Part shown: piece after piece, positions 45,861-56,509 of the stretch
How the letters are laid out: the number at the start of each line of letters is the position of its first letter
How positions within the stretch are numbered: the stretch's first letter is position 1
From: an uncultured bacterium
Lineage (GTDB): Bacteria > Eisenbacteria > RBG-16-71-46 > CAIMUX01 > WJJG01
DNA: 64,000 nt
Direction: 5' to 3'
NCBI GenBank assembly: GCA_964417675.1
Contig: CAYQJL010000018.1
Coordinates: forward strand, 16,760-80,759
Position numbers and translations under genes: made by a program
The notes under the pieces: model-generated
Seen by the model: only the letters and a program-made list of their open reading frames with translations
What the model was told of the DNA's origin: nothing
Databases searched by the model: none

Positions 45861-46802
45861 CTAGTCACGCAATTCCTTTCCGGTCAGCTTCAGAAAGACG
45901 CCCTGCAGGGAAGGCGGTTGGATCGAGATATCATCGATCGGCAGGTGCTGCTCGAGCAGCCTGCCGAGCAAGGTGGCCACCTCGCCGGAGGCGGCCCGGA
46001 CCGAGACCATGGCATACCCGTCCTCGAGCGCGATGACCTCGGCGCCGGTCTCCCGGCCGATCAGCGCGCCGGCATCCTTGGCCTCGAATCCCCCGCGCAG
46101 CGTGAGAATCTCCCCCTCGCCCACCATCTGCTTGAGCTGCGCAAGCGTTCCTTCCGCCAGAATCCGCCCCTGATCCATGATGCCGATCCGGTCGCAGAGC
46201 TCCTGCGCCTCTTCGAGGTAGTGCGTCGTGTAGAGCACGGCCGTGCCCGCCTGGGCGACCTCGCGAACGACATCCAGGATGTTCAGACGCGCCTGCACGT
46301 CGATCCCGACGGTCGGCTCATCGAGAAGCAGCAGGCGCGGTTGGTGGAGCATGCCGATCGCCAGGTTGAGGCGCCGCTTCATCCCGCCCGAGTACTTGCG
46401 GGTCGCCTCCCGACTGCGCTCGGCGAGTCCCGCGCCGGACAGGACCTGCTCGATCCGCTCGGCAAGCGTGGCTCCCTTCAGGCCGGCGAGGCGTCCCCAG
46501 AAGCTGAGATTCTCGCGGGCGGACAGGTCGCCGTAGATCGCGGCCTCCTGGGGAACCACCCCGATCATCTGTTTGAAGGCGAGGGGATCGGCGCCCAGGG
46601 CAACCCCCCCGAGCTCAATGCTACCGGCATCCGGCCGGAGCAGGCCGCAGGTGCAGGAGATCGTCGTGGTCTTGCCCGCTCCGTTGGGTCCGAGCAATCC
46701 ATAGATCTCGCCGGGGCGGACCTCGAAGGAGATGTCATCAACCGCCCGCGTCGATCCGTAAGACTTGGAGAGATTCGCAACCGACAGCATCTGCGCCACC
46801 AC
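45861..46802 (-). CDS. ABC transporter ATP-binding protein
   Basis: Walker A GPNGAGKTT, signature YSGGMKRRL, Walker B LLLLDEPT. Confidence 0.92.
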   Translation of the reverse strand: MVAQMLSVANLSKSYGSTRAVDDISFEVRPGEIYGLLGPNGAGKTTTISCTCGLLRPDAGSIELGGVALGADPLAFKQMIGVVPQEAAIYGDLSARENLSFWGRLAGLKGATLAERIEQVLSGAGLAERSREATRKYSGGMKRRLNLAIGMLHQPRLLLLDEPTVGIDVQARLNILDVVREVAQAGTAVLYTTHYLEEAQELCDRIGIMDQGRILAEGTLAQLKQMVGEGEILTLRGGFEAKDAGALIGRETGAEVIALEDGYAMVSVRAASGEVATLLGRLLEQHLPIDDISIQPPSLQGVFLKLTGKELRD

Positions 46803-46862
46803 CTATGTTGAGTCCCATTCACGCCATGCGCCGAGGGACCATAGCAGCCGGATTCGCCCCCC

Positions 46863-48404
46863 TCAACCCATGAATACCCGCACCAGGAGCGCTTTGCGGG
46901 GCAAGCCGGAGCGCAGCACGATCTCGCGCTCTTCCTGTCCATAGACACGCAGCACGCGCAGCAGCAGGTACTGCAAGATCGTCACGACGGCGAGGGCGCC
47001 CATGAGCAGCATTGGATGTCCGAGGCTCTCGCGCAGGAACCAGAGCGGCAGAACGATGGAGGAGGCCAGCAGCACACGTCCGAAGTGCCCCCAGGGCACA
47101 TTGACGCCGGGCAGCATACGCCGGGCGGCCAGATACTGGAGAATGCCGCTGGCCAACAGGGCAATGGCAACCGGCGGGATGCCGCCCCAGATCCCGTAGC
47201 GCGGGATGAAGACGAAATCCAAGATGACATTGATCACGGCGCCCACGATGGCGATCAGGGTATTGACCAGGACCTTCTCCTTGACGAACAACGCCATCCG
47301 CAACGGGGTAACCAGAAACGACAGCAGAAAGACCAGGCAGAACGCCTGGCAGAGCCCTGCGCCCGGAGCAAGATCCGCTCCATACACGGCCAGATAGACC
47401 TGGCCGCCAAGAACCGCGCCGGTTACCGCGGCGGGAACCACCAGGATGAACATCAGCCGGAAATAGAGGCGCACCCCACGGATCAGATCCTGGCCGTGCC
47501 GGGCGTGCACCTCGGACAGGGTGGCCAGCACGATCGGCCAGATCGCCAGGGGGACGAACTCGAGGATCATCTGCGGGAGATTGTAGGCCGTGTTGAAGTA
47601 GGTGACGTCGGCCGGGCGCCAGTAGTGGCCGATGATCAAGGTCTCCGACGAACGCCACAGCACCTGGTTGATCAGCGCCCCGAGGGCGATCGGAAGCGCG
47701 TAGCGCATCAACCGGGTTGCGGGCAACCCCATCCCGCGATCGGCATGCATCCAGGGCAGGGCTTGCGGCAGCCAGGGGGCCAGCAGGAGGATGCCGATCA
47801 CGAAGCTCCCGGCCACGGCCAGCAGCACCCCGACCAGCGTCAGGCCGCTGCCCATCATCAGCCCCAGGGCGCCGACCAGGACCACCTTCTGCACGACCGA
47901 CGCCACGGTGAACCGGCGCATGCTGCGTACCGCCATGAAGACATGACTGGCCGTGTTCCACAGCACCTCCGATAGCAGCAGCGCCGTTCCCAGAGGCAAG
48001 ATCGCGCTCAACTCGAACCGGAAGTCGGGGTGAAACAGCGCGGCGATCTGTTGCCGGAAAGGAAGAATCAGCGCCAGAACGGCGACATAGGCCAGAAGCT
48101 GATACACCAGGGAACGTCCCAGGAGCTGCCGGGTGCCCTTCCCATCGCCCCGCACTCTGAGCTCGGGGAGAAACTGCAGGATGCCCTGGGCCAGGCCCAG
48201 GGCCATGGCCAGCGACAGGAAGCGGGCGATGTTGAGAAACACGCCGTAGACACCGTAGGTTTCCTCACCCAATCCGCGGACGATCAGGGCGTTTGACACC
48301 AGGGACAGCGCCGCCACCAGAAGCTTCGACACCAGGCTCCACGCCAGGGCCGTGGGCACCTCGTGCGCGGTATGAACATCGTTGCCGGTCGCATCTCGGT
48401 TCAC
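46863..48404 (-). CDS. MOP-superfamily polysaccharide/oligosaccharide flippase (Wzx-like)
   Basis: About 14 TM helices and the PST-family layout. Upstream of the GT-C-like gene. Confidence 0.75.
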   Translation of the reverse strand: MNRDATGNDVHTAHEVPTALAWSLVSKLLVAALSLVSNALIVRGLGEETYGVYGVFLNIARFLSLAMALGLAQGILQFLPELRVRGDGKGTRQLLGRSLVYQLLAYVAVLALILPFRQQIAALFHPDFRFELSAILPLGTALLLSEVLWNTASHVFMAVRSMRRFTVASVVQKVVLVGALGLMMGSGLTLVGVLLAVAGSFVIGILLLAPWLPQALPWMHADRGMGLPATRLMRYALPIALGALINQVLWRSSETLIIGHYWRPADVTYFNTAYNLPQMILEFVPLAIWPIVLATLSEVHARHGQDLIRGVRLYFRLMFILVVPAAVTGAVLGGQVYLAVYGADLAPGAGLCQAFCLVFLLSFLVTPLRMALFVKEKVLVNTLIAIVGAVINVILDFVFIPRYGIWGGIPPVAIALLASGILQYLAARRMLPGVNVPWGHFGRVLLASSIVLPLWFLRESLGHPMLLMGALAVVTILQYLLLRVLRVYGQEEREIVLRSGLPRKALLVRVFMG

Positions 48405-48421
48405 AGCTCGGCGGGGCTCCT

Positions 48422-51403
48422 CTAGTAGACCTCCAGGTATCCCACCGTCTCTCCGTCGTAGAGATCGCGGTCATCGAAGTGGTAGGTGATCGGCCAATTC
48501 GGCAGGAAGGTTTGCTCGAGCCACATGATCTTCACCGCATACTCCCCCGGCGCCAGGTAGGCCGGCACCTGGATCGTCACGCGATCGGTCACGAATCGGT
48601 CGGTGGGCCAATGCTCGATGCCCAGCAAACCATCGATCGGACGGTGAATCTCACGGTGCCGGTAGGCCACGTTGTTCTTCCGTTCGTGCCAGAGGCGGTG
48701 CGGCTTGCTCCAGCGCAGGGACCACAGGGGCCCGCGCGGGGCGGGCGTGTCCAGCCGCAGGTGCACATTGACCGGGAACCGCGGTGCATCCCCCACCCGA
48801 CGCCAGTAGAGCAACACCCCAAGGGTGTCTCCACGGTTGACCAGCGTCGTGTCCAACTCCACGGCCGTGAGCTGGAGGCCGGCCGATGCATCCGCCGCCA
48901 CCGGTATGACGCCGGCCGGTAGATCGCGCACCAGGATGTTCCGCGTCAGCTCGGCGCTGGTCCGCCCGCTGATCCGTTCCCGTCCGGGGCGCACGATGCC
49001 GGCCAGGGCCTCGACGTTTTCCCGGCGGACCCGGAAGAGGGCGCTCTCGCGCCGGCGTCCATGTTCCCACATCGGCTCGAACAAGTCCGGCTCGCTGAGC
49101 AGGGCCTCTTTCTGGCGTGCCGCCAGCGACGGGCTCGCGTCACAGTGGAACTGATGCACAGGGTAAGGCAATGCGCCATTGACGAGAACGTAGTCGACAC
49201 CGAAGCGGTGGCACAGCCTGGCCTTCTCGCCGGCGCCCCGATAGGGGCTCAGGATATCCCGGCAGGCCGCGAGTCGTTCGACGGCCAACGAATCGGAAGG
49301 CGAGCCGTGCTGGTGCAGCACGGACACGGTATGGAGGGGGGTGAAGGCCGGAATGCTGTAGCCGGTCACGGGATCGCTGAGCACCACGGCTGGCCCTGGA
49401 ACCGTCTCCGCCAGCTTCTCCAAGAGGGGCCGCCACGCGAGCGAGGAGTTGGCCTCGCGGCGCTCCAGATTGGCCCGCGCGTATGACTGGGCAAACCCCT
49501 CCAGACGCGGAAAGAGCAGCAGGACCATGAACACGTAGAACAGCAGGGAGGTGATCACCCGCCGCGTCGAGTTCAGCTCCAACAGGTTCTCGCCCATCTG
49601 GCGCGCCATGAGCGCCACGACCATGAGAAACGGGATGGTCACCAGGAATCGGGCAACCAAGTACCCCAGATAGGGCTCCAGCAGAGGCACCAGGAACGGA
49701 TTGAGCACCACCAGGACCGGAACCGTGCTGAGCGTCACCATGTACAACACCGCATCATCCTCGCGGGCACGTTTCCACAGGAAGAGCGACAGGAACACCC
49801 CTCCGAATCCGGCCGTGGTGAGGAATCGCTTCCAGTGATCGGGCATGAGGATGAAGATGTTGTCACCGAACCAGAGAATGCCATGGGCATGCGTGTGGAT
49901 CGGGTTGATCGTTTCGTAGGTAAAGAGCATCCGCCAGATGAAGGGCAGCAGACACCCGGCGGCGGCCGCCAGCAGAACCTGTCCCCCCCGTGGAAGAACC
50001 GGATAGCGCCAACCGTGCAAGAGCAGCATCGCCAGGAGAAAGACTCCCAGCGAGAAGAGAATGTGCAGCGCGGAGAAGATATGTGCGGCCGTGGCCCCGA
50101 ACGCGGCGAGCGCGACGAACAGCAGGACATGCCGGTGACCGCGGCGCAGGATGTATTCGAGCGATATGGCCAACGTGGCCCAGGACAGCACGATCCCCAT
50201 CTGGCTGCCGTAGCCCAGACGCAGGAAGAGGCCCCGGTTGACCTCGCCGAAGAAGACGAACGCCAAGAAGGTGGCAAACAGGGCCGAGCCCTCGCTGCGC
50301 AGCAGGCGGCGGGCGAAGGCATGAAAGACGATCAGCGCGAGGGGCGCCAGCAGGCCGGGAAGCATGCTCCAGAGGGTGAGCACATCCACGCGCGCCAGGG
50401 TGGCTTGCAGGGCCAACATGACGTGGAAGAATCCCTTGCGCGCGTCAACGGCCGATCCATCCCCGTCTATGTAGAATGTGGTGCGCGGAAGGATCCGATC
50501 CCGGTCGACCATCTCGCGGAGGCAACTCATGTGGTCAAGGGCATCGGTCCCGAAGCCGAATTGGCCGCCCGCATAGAATCCCAGGGCGGAGGCCGACACA
50601 ACCAGCACGCCCAAGACCAGCAAGGTGGCCCAGCGGGGAGCCACCGGATGATCCCGCTTGTGTTGGTCTCCCAGCCGATAGGCTTCCCGCAAGATTCTCT
50701 GCATGAAGGGGTTGACAGGCTGGCCGGCCATGAAGAGCTCTGGCTGACCGGACTCCCCGGCTGTCTCCGCCCCACCGAGCCCGTCGCGAGTCTGGCCCGC
50801 GGGCTGGGTCGGCCCCGCGGGCTGGGTCGGCCCCGCGGTCGCCTCGCCCACAACGCCCTCCACGAACCTGCCCGGTTCGGAAACCCCTGACGACTCCGGT
50901 CCCTGCCAGGACGTGGACTGGGCCGCGACGTCCCCCTGCCGTGGACGCCGCGTCGACCGCGTTTCCCGAAACCCTCGAATGAGTAGCAACACCGCCAGAA
51001 TCAGCACGGCCGATGCCTCGGCCCACATCAGGGTGGACAGACGACCTAGCAGGGGCGGCTGGCTTTCGGGGCCGGGCACGGGTCCGAGGCCTACATCGCC
51101 CCCGCAGAACCAGGCCGCCATCCCCAGGAAGGAAGCGATCGCCACGCTGGCGGCGAAGGCCCGCATCAATCGTGCCGCCAGGCCGATGGTCGAACGGGGC
51201 AGTACCAGCAGATGCAACAACCATCCCGGCAGCAAGAACAGGAGCGGCGTGCCGATCAACACCCGCAGGGCCTCGGGCACAAACGAAGCCGAGTAGTAGA
51301 CTGCCGGATAGGCCAGCGGACTCGCCAACCACATCAGATGCAGTGGGGCGATCCGACGGCGCGTGATCGGCTGCTGGTCTGCGTCGCGATCCCCGGCTTC
51401 CAT
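48422..51403 (-). CDS. large polytopic membrane protein, GT-C-like glycosyltransferase (YfhO/ArnT-like architecture) with ~300-aa periplasmic C-terminal domain
   Basis: About 990 aa and more than 12 TM helices, followed by a soluble C-terminal domain. Partnered with a GtrB-like GT2. The ORF is open to 51568, but that stretch consists of tandem repeats, so the start is taken as MEAGDRD. Confidence 0.6.
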   Translation of the reverse strand: MEAGDRDADQQPITRRRIAPLHLMWLASPLAYPAVYYSASFVPEALRVLIGTPLLFLLPGWLLHLLVLPRSTIGLAARLMRAFAASVAIASFLGMAAWFCGGDVGLGPVPGPESQPPLLGRLSTLMWAEASAVLILAVLLLIRGFRETRSTRRPRQGDVAAQSTSWQGPESSGVSEPGRFVEGVVGEATAGPTQPAGPTQPAGQTRDGLGGAETAGESGQPELFMAGQPVNPFMQRILREAYRLGDQHKRDHPVAPRWATLLVLGVLVVSASALGFYAGGQFGFGTDALDHMSCLREMVDRDRILPRTTFYIDGDGSAVDARKGFFHVMLALQATLARVDVLTLWSMLPGLLAPLALIVFHAFARRLLRSEGSALFATFLAFVFFGEVNRGLFLRLGYGSQMGIVLSWATLAISLEYILRRGHRHVLLFVALAAFGATAAHIFSALHILFSLGVFLLAMLLLHGWRYPVLPRGGQVLLAAAAGCLLPFIWRMLFTYETINPIHTHAHGILWFGDNIFILMPDHWKRFLTTAGFGGVFLSLFLWKRAREDDAVLYMVTLSTVPVLVVLNPFLVPLLEPYLGYLVARFLVTIPFLMVVALMARQMGENLLELNSTRRVITSLLFYVFMVLLLFPRLEGFAQSYARANLERREANSSLAWRPLLEKLAETVPGPAVVLSDPVTGYSIPAFTPLHTVSVLHQHGSPSDSLAVERLAACRDILSPYRGAGEKARLCHRFGVDYVLVNGALPYPVHQFHCDASPSLAARQKEALLSEPDLFEPMWEHGRRRESALFRVRRENVEALAGIVRPGRERISGRTSAELTRNILVRDLPAGVIPVAADASAGLQLTAVELDTTLVNRGDTLGVLLYWRRVGDAPRFPVNVHLRLDTPAPRGPLWSLRWSKPHRLWHERKNNVAYRHREIHRPIDGLLGIEHWPTDRFVTDRVTIQVPAYLAPGEYAVKIMWLEQTFLPNWPITYHFDDRDLYDGETVGYLEVY

Positions 51404-51425
51404 GCCTGTCTCGATCCCTCCATAG

Positions 51426-51550
51426 ACCGCGCACGACCCACCAGCCGGCTCGCGATTGGTGCGGCCACTTGCGACCCACCAGCCGGCTCGCGATTGATGC
51501 GGCCACTTGCAACCCACCAGCCGGCTGGCGATTGGTTCAGCCACCCGCTC
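51426..51550. repeat. three tandem copies of a ~43-bp unit in the 5' leader or promoter of the GT-C-like gene
   Basis: acccaccagccggctcgcgattggtgcggccacttgcg x3. Confidence 0.85.
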
Positions 51551-51590
51551 GGTAACCGGCCAGAGCACGCAATCTATCGGTTCGTGCAGC

Positions 51591-52286
51591 CTAGTGGAAT
51601 CGTTTCTTGAAGAGGAAGGTCAGGTTCTCCCAACCGTCACGCCACTTGCGCAGCTTGACCTCCCCCACGCGAGGTTCATACCGGATGTGATACTCGGCGA
51701 ATCGTACCTCGGGATGCCGGCCGGCCTCGATCTTGATTTCCTGCGAGAAGGGCATTCCGTCACTGGTGACATTGAGCTTGCCCAGAACGGAGCGTCGGAA
51801 CACCCACATGCCGGACTGGGAGTCGGCCATCTTCTGGCCGAACAGCATCCAGGTCGCCGCAGTCAGGACCCAGTTGCCCAGCTTGTTGCTGCGATTCATC
51901 GCGCGAGGGTCCTTCAGCGGAAAGCGCGCGGCGGAGATGAAGTCGAGCTTCTCTGCGATCAGATGTTCCATGAGCCCCGGAATCTCTTCGGGCGGGTAGG
52001 TGCAATCGGCATCCATGGTGATGATGATCTCCTGGCTCGCGGCCGCCATGCCGGCCTTGTAGGCCGCTCCATACCCCTGCCGGGACTCGAAGACGACCTT
52101 GGCGCCCAGTCTCTCCGCCACCTCCTGGGTGCGGTCGGTGGAGTTGTTGTTCGCGACCACGATCTCATCGACGAAGTCGGGGAGGCGCCGGATAACGGCC
52201 TCGATGCCCTCCTCCTCGTTGTAGGCCGGAATCACCACGCTGATTGTAAGACCTTGATACAACACAACCTCCAATGCCGTATGCAT
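51591..52286 (-). CDS. GT2 polyprenyl-phosphate sugar synthase (GtrB/DPM1/CsbB-like)
   Basis: ISVVIPAYNEEEGIE, ANNNSTDRT, IITMDADCTYPPEE. Start coordinate is from ORF-track arithmetic; the listed sequence suggests a possible 1-nt offset. Confidence 0.82.
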   Translation of the reverse strand: MHTALEVVLYQGLTISVVIPAYNEEEGIEAVIRRLPDFVDEIVVANNNSTDRTQEVAERLGAKVVFESRQGYGAAYKAGMAAASQEIIITMDADCTYPPEEIPGLMEHLIAEKLDFISAARFPLKDPRAMNRSNKLGNWVLTAATWMLFGQKMADSQSGMWVFRRSVLGKLNVTSDGMPFSQEIKIEAGRHPEVRFAEYHIRYEPRVGEVKLRKWRDGWENLTFLFKKRFH

Positions 52287-52571
52287 ACGGCCAACGCCGT
52301 CTGGCGCCGGACTTGCGGGCAGAACCGACTCCCCACGAGTGTATCGGACAATCCGGGGCGGTTCCAGCGCCACAAACGTGCCCCGGCCAGAACCGCCCAG
52401 CTTGCCGGAGCGGTCCCACCCAGGCCGCCCCACCGGAGCCGGACGGATCGATTCGTAGCTCGCGCGGGCAACAGCCACCCACCGATGGCGGCCGAACGGG
52501 GGTATCAAAATCGAGGCGGCCGGAGCCGGACGCTCCAGCCGCCTTCTACAGGTCATCCCGATGCTTCATCA

Positions 52572-55325
52572 TCAACGAACGATCAGGAGCCTCCCCTGGT
52601 GGGCGCCCTCCCCACCCTGGATACGGTAGAGATAGACGCCGCCGGTCACCGGTTGGCCCTGTTCATCGCAGCCATCCCAATGGAGGCCCTGCACGCCCGC
52701 GGGCAGGAGGCGCTCCAGACCGCGAATCTGGCGGCCCTGGAGGTCGAAGATGCTCGCGCGTACCTGGCCACCCTGGCCCAGTTCGAAGCGCAGGGTGGTC
52801 GCGCCAGGTCCCGGATTGGGTGCGGCGCCCAGGAGGCGCAGGCCGCCGGCTAGCCGCGGCTCGCCGATACCCTGACTGCCCTCGACCGTGAAACTGGCAG
52901 CCGGCATGCAGGGGCCGGCCTCCTCGCCATCGTCGGCGTAGGCCCGCCAGTAGTAGGTGCCATCCGCCAGGGGCGAGACCACCGTCCAGGCCGTCTCGGA
53001 GGCACCCTCGGGCACGCCGCTGACGCTGCTTACCAGGTTCGTGAGCAGGACATCCGCGAACAGCTGGAAGCCGTAGGTGAGCTCATCGCCGGGGTCCGGA
53101 TCGGTGGCGTTGCTGACCACCAGGGTGGGCCGGGCCGTGGGCACCGTTTCACCGTCGGCCGGGCTGATCAGCGCCGGCGCATCCGGAGGCAGGTTGGCCG
53201 AACTCTGGCTCGCGATGGTCACATCGTCGACGTACCATCCCTCGCCACCGGAGTTGCCATCGGACCCGAAGCGGAAGCGGAACTGCACGTCCCCGGTGAC
53301 GCCCTGCAAAGTCACCGTCCCCTGCGTCCAGCCGAACGACCCCGAATAGACCGGCGTATGCTCTGCAAAGGGACCCGGTTGGCTCGAAGAACGAATCGTG
53401 TGGGTGTAGCCCTCATCGGGGGTGATCTGCACCCAGGGCGCGCCATCGACGGTCATCTCAAGAATCCCGCCGTCGTAGGCTCGGCCGGTCCAGTAGCTGC
53501 TGGCCTCGGCATCCATCCAGTGCCAGAAGGAAAGCTGGGTCGCGGCACCGATCGGAATGACCGGAGTCTCGAGCACGCCGTCGGCCAGCGGGGCGTAGTC
53601 TCCGCTGCCCGTGCTTCCAAACTTCCAGCTCGTGGATCCCCCCGGGGTGTGGTTGCGCGCCGTGCTCATGTGCCACTGGTCCACATAGCCGGCGGTCTCA
53701 ACATGGTGGACCCAGTCTCCCTGGCCGGACTCCATGTCATCGGCGAACACCACCGGGAGATCTCCCACCATGTATTCGCGCTCGAACGCGACCTCGAATC
53801 CGTCGGCCGACACCAGCAGGGTCAGCGACATGCGATGGCCGGCCGGGCAATCCGCGGACACCGTGAAGCTGACCGGGTGGGCGCTGTTGTCCGCCTCTCC
53901 CCGGGCCGGCACCGTCCCGAGGGGGGCCTGGGCGACATTGAGCTGCACGTACGGATCGTTCGACAGCAGGGTCACGATCGCATTGCTCGCATCCTGCTCG
54001 ATGGCATCATTGCGTACGCTCAGGACGAGTTCGCAGGTCTCGCCCGGATCGGGCTTCTCATCCATGTTGCCACCGCTCAGCGTCAGATCGAGCAGCGTCA
54101 AGTAGACACCCGCGGCCTTCATCAGATAGAGGTTCTTGGGAATGTTCTCAGCCACCAGCCCCGGGATTTCGGCGTCGGCCGGCCAGAAGCCGGAGCCGCT
54201 GACCTCGGTGCAGAAGCTCCACATCTTCGGCTTGGTGGTCCGCTCGCCATAGGCCCAGTCGGTGGTCGTCCCCGAACAGCTATATCCGATTGTCTCGCCG
54301 GCTTGCCCGACATCGTAGCTGTAGCCGGTGAATGCGCTCAAGGCATTGCCGACTTCGCGGAAGAGGGCATCGTCCTCGGTGTGCGCACTCGTCCAGGTCC
54401 AGGGGATGAGGATCGCTCCGGCAACGCTATGGTAGGTATCGTGGGTGACAAACTCGCGGCCATTCACAAAATTGATGAATGCTTCTACGCAAGGCTCCGA
54501 AGCCGGCGCGGGCCCGAGGTAGACATCGCTGCAGGGATCGTAGCTGATGCCGCCATGATCCCACATGTAGGGGTAATTCCGATTGGGATCGACACCGTAG
54601 CAGCTGCTCCCGGCATTGTCCCGGCGGTTCTTCCGCCACATGCCGCCGCCGCCCGGATAGGTCTGCTCGTTGTACAGATAGCCGTCCGGATTCACCACGG
54701 GTATGAAGTAGGTCTGGCGGTTATCGACCAGGAAGGTCACCTCGGGATCGGTTCCGTAGTTCTCGCACAGGAAACGGATCGTCTCGATCAAGATGTTGAC
54801 GCCGATCGGTTCGCGGGCGTGATGGAGCGCATCGAAGAGCACCTCCGGCTCGTCCGGCTCATCGATGTCAACATTGTCCGAGAGCTTGACGGCCCAGATG
54901 GCATTGCCCTCATGGGTCGTCCCGATCGAAAACTTCTCACTGAGAATCTCGGGGTACAGGCTCCGGAACTCATCCAGGTAGACGATCATCTCGCTGTAGG
55001 AATAGTAGTCGCCCAGATTGCGATCCTGCGTCCGCTGGGCGGCGTAATGCTCCTCCATGTCGGGAATCTGGATCTCGACGACGAAACCCAGAGCCTCGAG
55101 CTGGAGGATCTGCTCGTCGTGGCTGACCAGAATCAGTTCCTCGCCGGGAACATACTTCATGATGTCCAGATCGGGGATCTGGCGCAGGGTTTGCAGATCG
55201 ACGGCATCGACCCACTGCAGTCTGACCTGCACCTTGGGGTAGCTGCCGGTGTAGGCATCGGCGAGGTCCCCCATCCCACACACAAACGCAAATGCAACCG
55301 CTAGAAGAACCAGCCGCTGGTGCAT
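52572..55325 (-). CDS. secreted M14 zinc carboxypeptidase with extra beta-sandwich domains and T9SS/FlgD-Ig-like C-terminal domain
   Basis: Signal peptide. M14 motifs (LHHAREPIGVNIL, NPDGY, HSVAGAILIPW). C-terminus GGVYLYRIQGGEGAHQGRLLIVR. Confidence 0.88.
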   Translation of the reverse strand: MHQRLVLLAVAFAFVCGMGDLADAYTGSYPKVQVRLQWVDAVDLQTLRQIPDLDIMKYVPGEELILVSHDEQILQLEALGFVVEIQIPDMEEHYAAQRTQDRNLGDYYSYSEMIVYLDEFRSLYPEILSEKFSIGTTHEGNAIWAVKLSDNVDIDEPDEPEVLFDALHHAREPIGVNILIETIRFLCENYGTDPEVTFLVDNRQTYFIPVVNPDGYLYNEQTYPGGGGMWRKNRRDNAGSSCYGVDPNRNYPYMWDHGGISYDPCSDVYLGPAPASEPCVEAFINFVNGREFVTHDTYHSVAGAILIPWTWTSAHTEDDALFREVGNALSAFTGYSYDVGQAGETIGYSCSGTTTDWAYGERTTKPKMWSFCTEVSGSGFWPADAEIPGLVAENIPKNLYLMKAAGVYLTLLDLTLSGGNMDEKPDPGETCELVLSVRNDAIEQDASNAIVTLLSNDPYVQLNVAQAPLGTVPARGEADNSAHPVSFTVSADCPAGHRMSLTLLVSADGFEVAFEREYMVGDLPVVFADDMESGQGDWVHHVETAGYVDQWHMSTARNHTPGGSTSWKFGSTGSGDYAPLADGVLETPVIPIGAATQLSFWHWMDAEASSYWTGRAYDGGILEMTVDGAPWVQITPDEGYTHTIRSSSQPGPFAEHTPVYSGSFGWTQGTVTLQGVTGDVQFRFRFGSDGNSGGEGWYVDDVTIASQSSANLPPDAPALISPADGETVPTARPTLVVSNATDPDPGDELTYGFQLFADVLLTNLVSSVSGVPEGASETAWTVVSPLADGTYYWRAYADDGEEAGPCMPAASFTVEGSQGIGEPRLAGGLRLLGAAPNPGPGATTLRFELGQGGQVRASIFDLQGRQIRGLERLLPAGVQGLHWDGCDEQGQPVTGGVYLYRIQGGEGAHQGRLLIVR

Positions 55326-55537
55326 CGAAAGCCTCCTCCTGGTTCGGCGCCGGCCATGCCACTCCGTGGATCATGGGAGGTGCCCCGTATGGGCCAACTT
55401 TACGACTGTATTCTACCACGGATCCCCCCCGTTTGCCTGCCTGATTGACCCTTTGCAAGCCATCCCGTAGGTTTCCCCCAGTGGGCATGGTTCATGCACC
55501 TGATCCGCAGGCGCGGCCGCTTGCCGCGGCCGACCGG

Positions 55538-55635
55538 CACGGTCCACGATCGCGGTCCGGGGGTACGGTTCGTGATCGCGGTCCATGGGCACGGTCCACG
55601 ATCGCGGTCTGTGGGTACGGTTCGTGATCGCGGCC
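55538..55635. repeat. four ~24-bp direct repeats (ACGGTYCRYGATCGCGGTC) upstream of fabG
   Basis: cacggtccacgatcgcggtc / tacggttcgtgatcgcggtc, alternating twice. Confidence 0.8.
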
Positions 55636-55678
55636 GGCAGGGGGAGTCGAATCCACCAGGGGAGGGAGAAGCAAAGCG

Positions 55679-56443
55679 ATGTCTGGACAGGCGCTGAAAG
55701 AAGACCTTCTGGGCCAGGTCGCCATTGTCACCGGATCCGCCCGCGGGATCGGCAAGGCGATCGCGTTGGCCCTGGCCCGGCGCGGAGCCGATGTGGTCAT
55801 CACCGACATCGATGAGGCCGTCTCCCGCGCAACCAGCAAGGAAATCGAGGGGTTGGGGCGCCGGTCCCTGGCCATCCGCTGCGATGTGTCCCAGAAGGCC
55901 GATGTCGAGACCCTGGTGAAGACGACCCTCGACACCCTCGGGGGGCTCGACATCTTCGTCAACAATGCCGGCATCACCCGCGACACCCTCCTGATGCGCA
56001 TGAGCGAGGAGCAGTGGGACCAGGTGCTCGACATCAATCTGAAGGGCACCTTCTTCGGGTGCCAGGTGGCGGGCAAGGCGATGATGAAGGCCCGCCGGGG
56101 ACGGATCGTCAATCTGGCCTCGATCATGGGCCTGATCGGCAATGTGGGTCAGGCCAATTACGCCGCCTCGAAGGGTGGCGTGATCGCCCTGACCCGTTCG
56201 GCGGCAAAGGAACTCGCCGCGCGCAACATCAATGTCAATGCCATCGCGCCCGGCTTCATCGAAACGGAGATGACGCGGGAGCTTCCCGAGAAGAGCAGGC
56301 AGCAATTCCTCGATATCGTCCCCCTGAAGCGGGTCGGCACGCCGGAGGATGTCGCCCATCTGGTATGCTTCCTGTGCTCGGAGGAGTCCAGTTACATCAC
56401 CGGCCAGGTCATCGTCATCGACGGCGGCCTGACGATCAACTAG
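55679..56443 (+). CDS. fabG: 3-oxoacyl-[acyl-carrier-protein] reductase
   Basis: SDR motifs [21 protein letters not shown]. FabG-like length and pattern. Confidence 0.9.
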   Translation: MSGQALKEDLLGQVAIVTGSARGIGKAIALALARRGADVVITDIDEAVSRATSKEIEGLGRRSLAIRCDVSQKADVETLVKTTLDTLGGLDIFVNNAGITRDTLLMRMSEEQWDQVLDINLKGTFFGCQVAGKAMMKARRGRIVNLASIMGLIGNVGQANYAASKGGVIALTRSAAKELAARNINVNAIAPGFIETEMTRELPEKSRQQFLDIVPLKRVGTPEDVAHLVCFLCSEESSYITGQVIVIDGGLTIN

Positions 56444-56509
56444 GCGTAGGCCCGGCTGGCCGCCGATCCTCTCCTCGGGAGTGATCCGCCCCAGCGGCAG
56501 GAGACAGGC

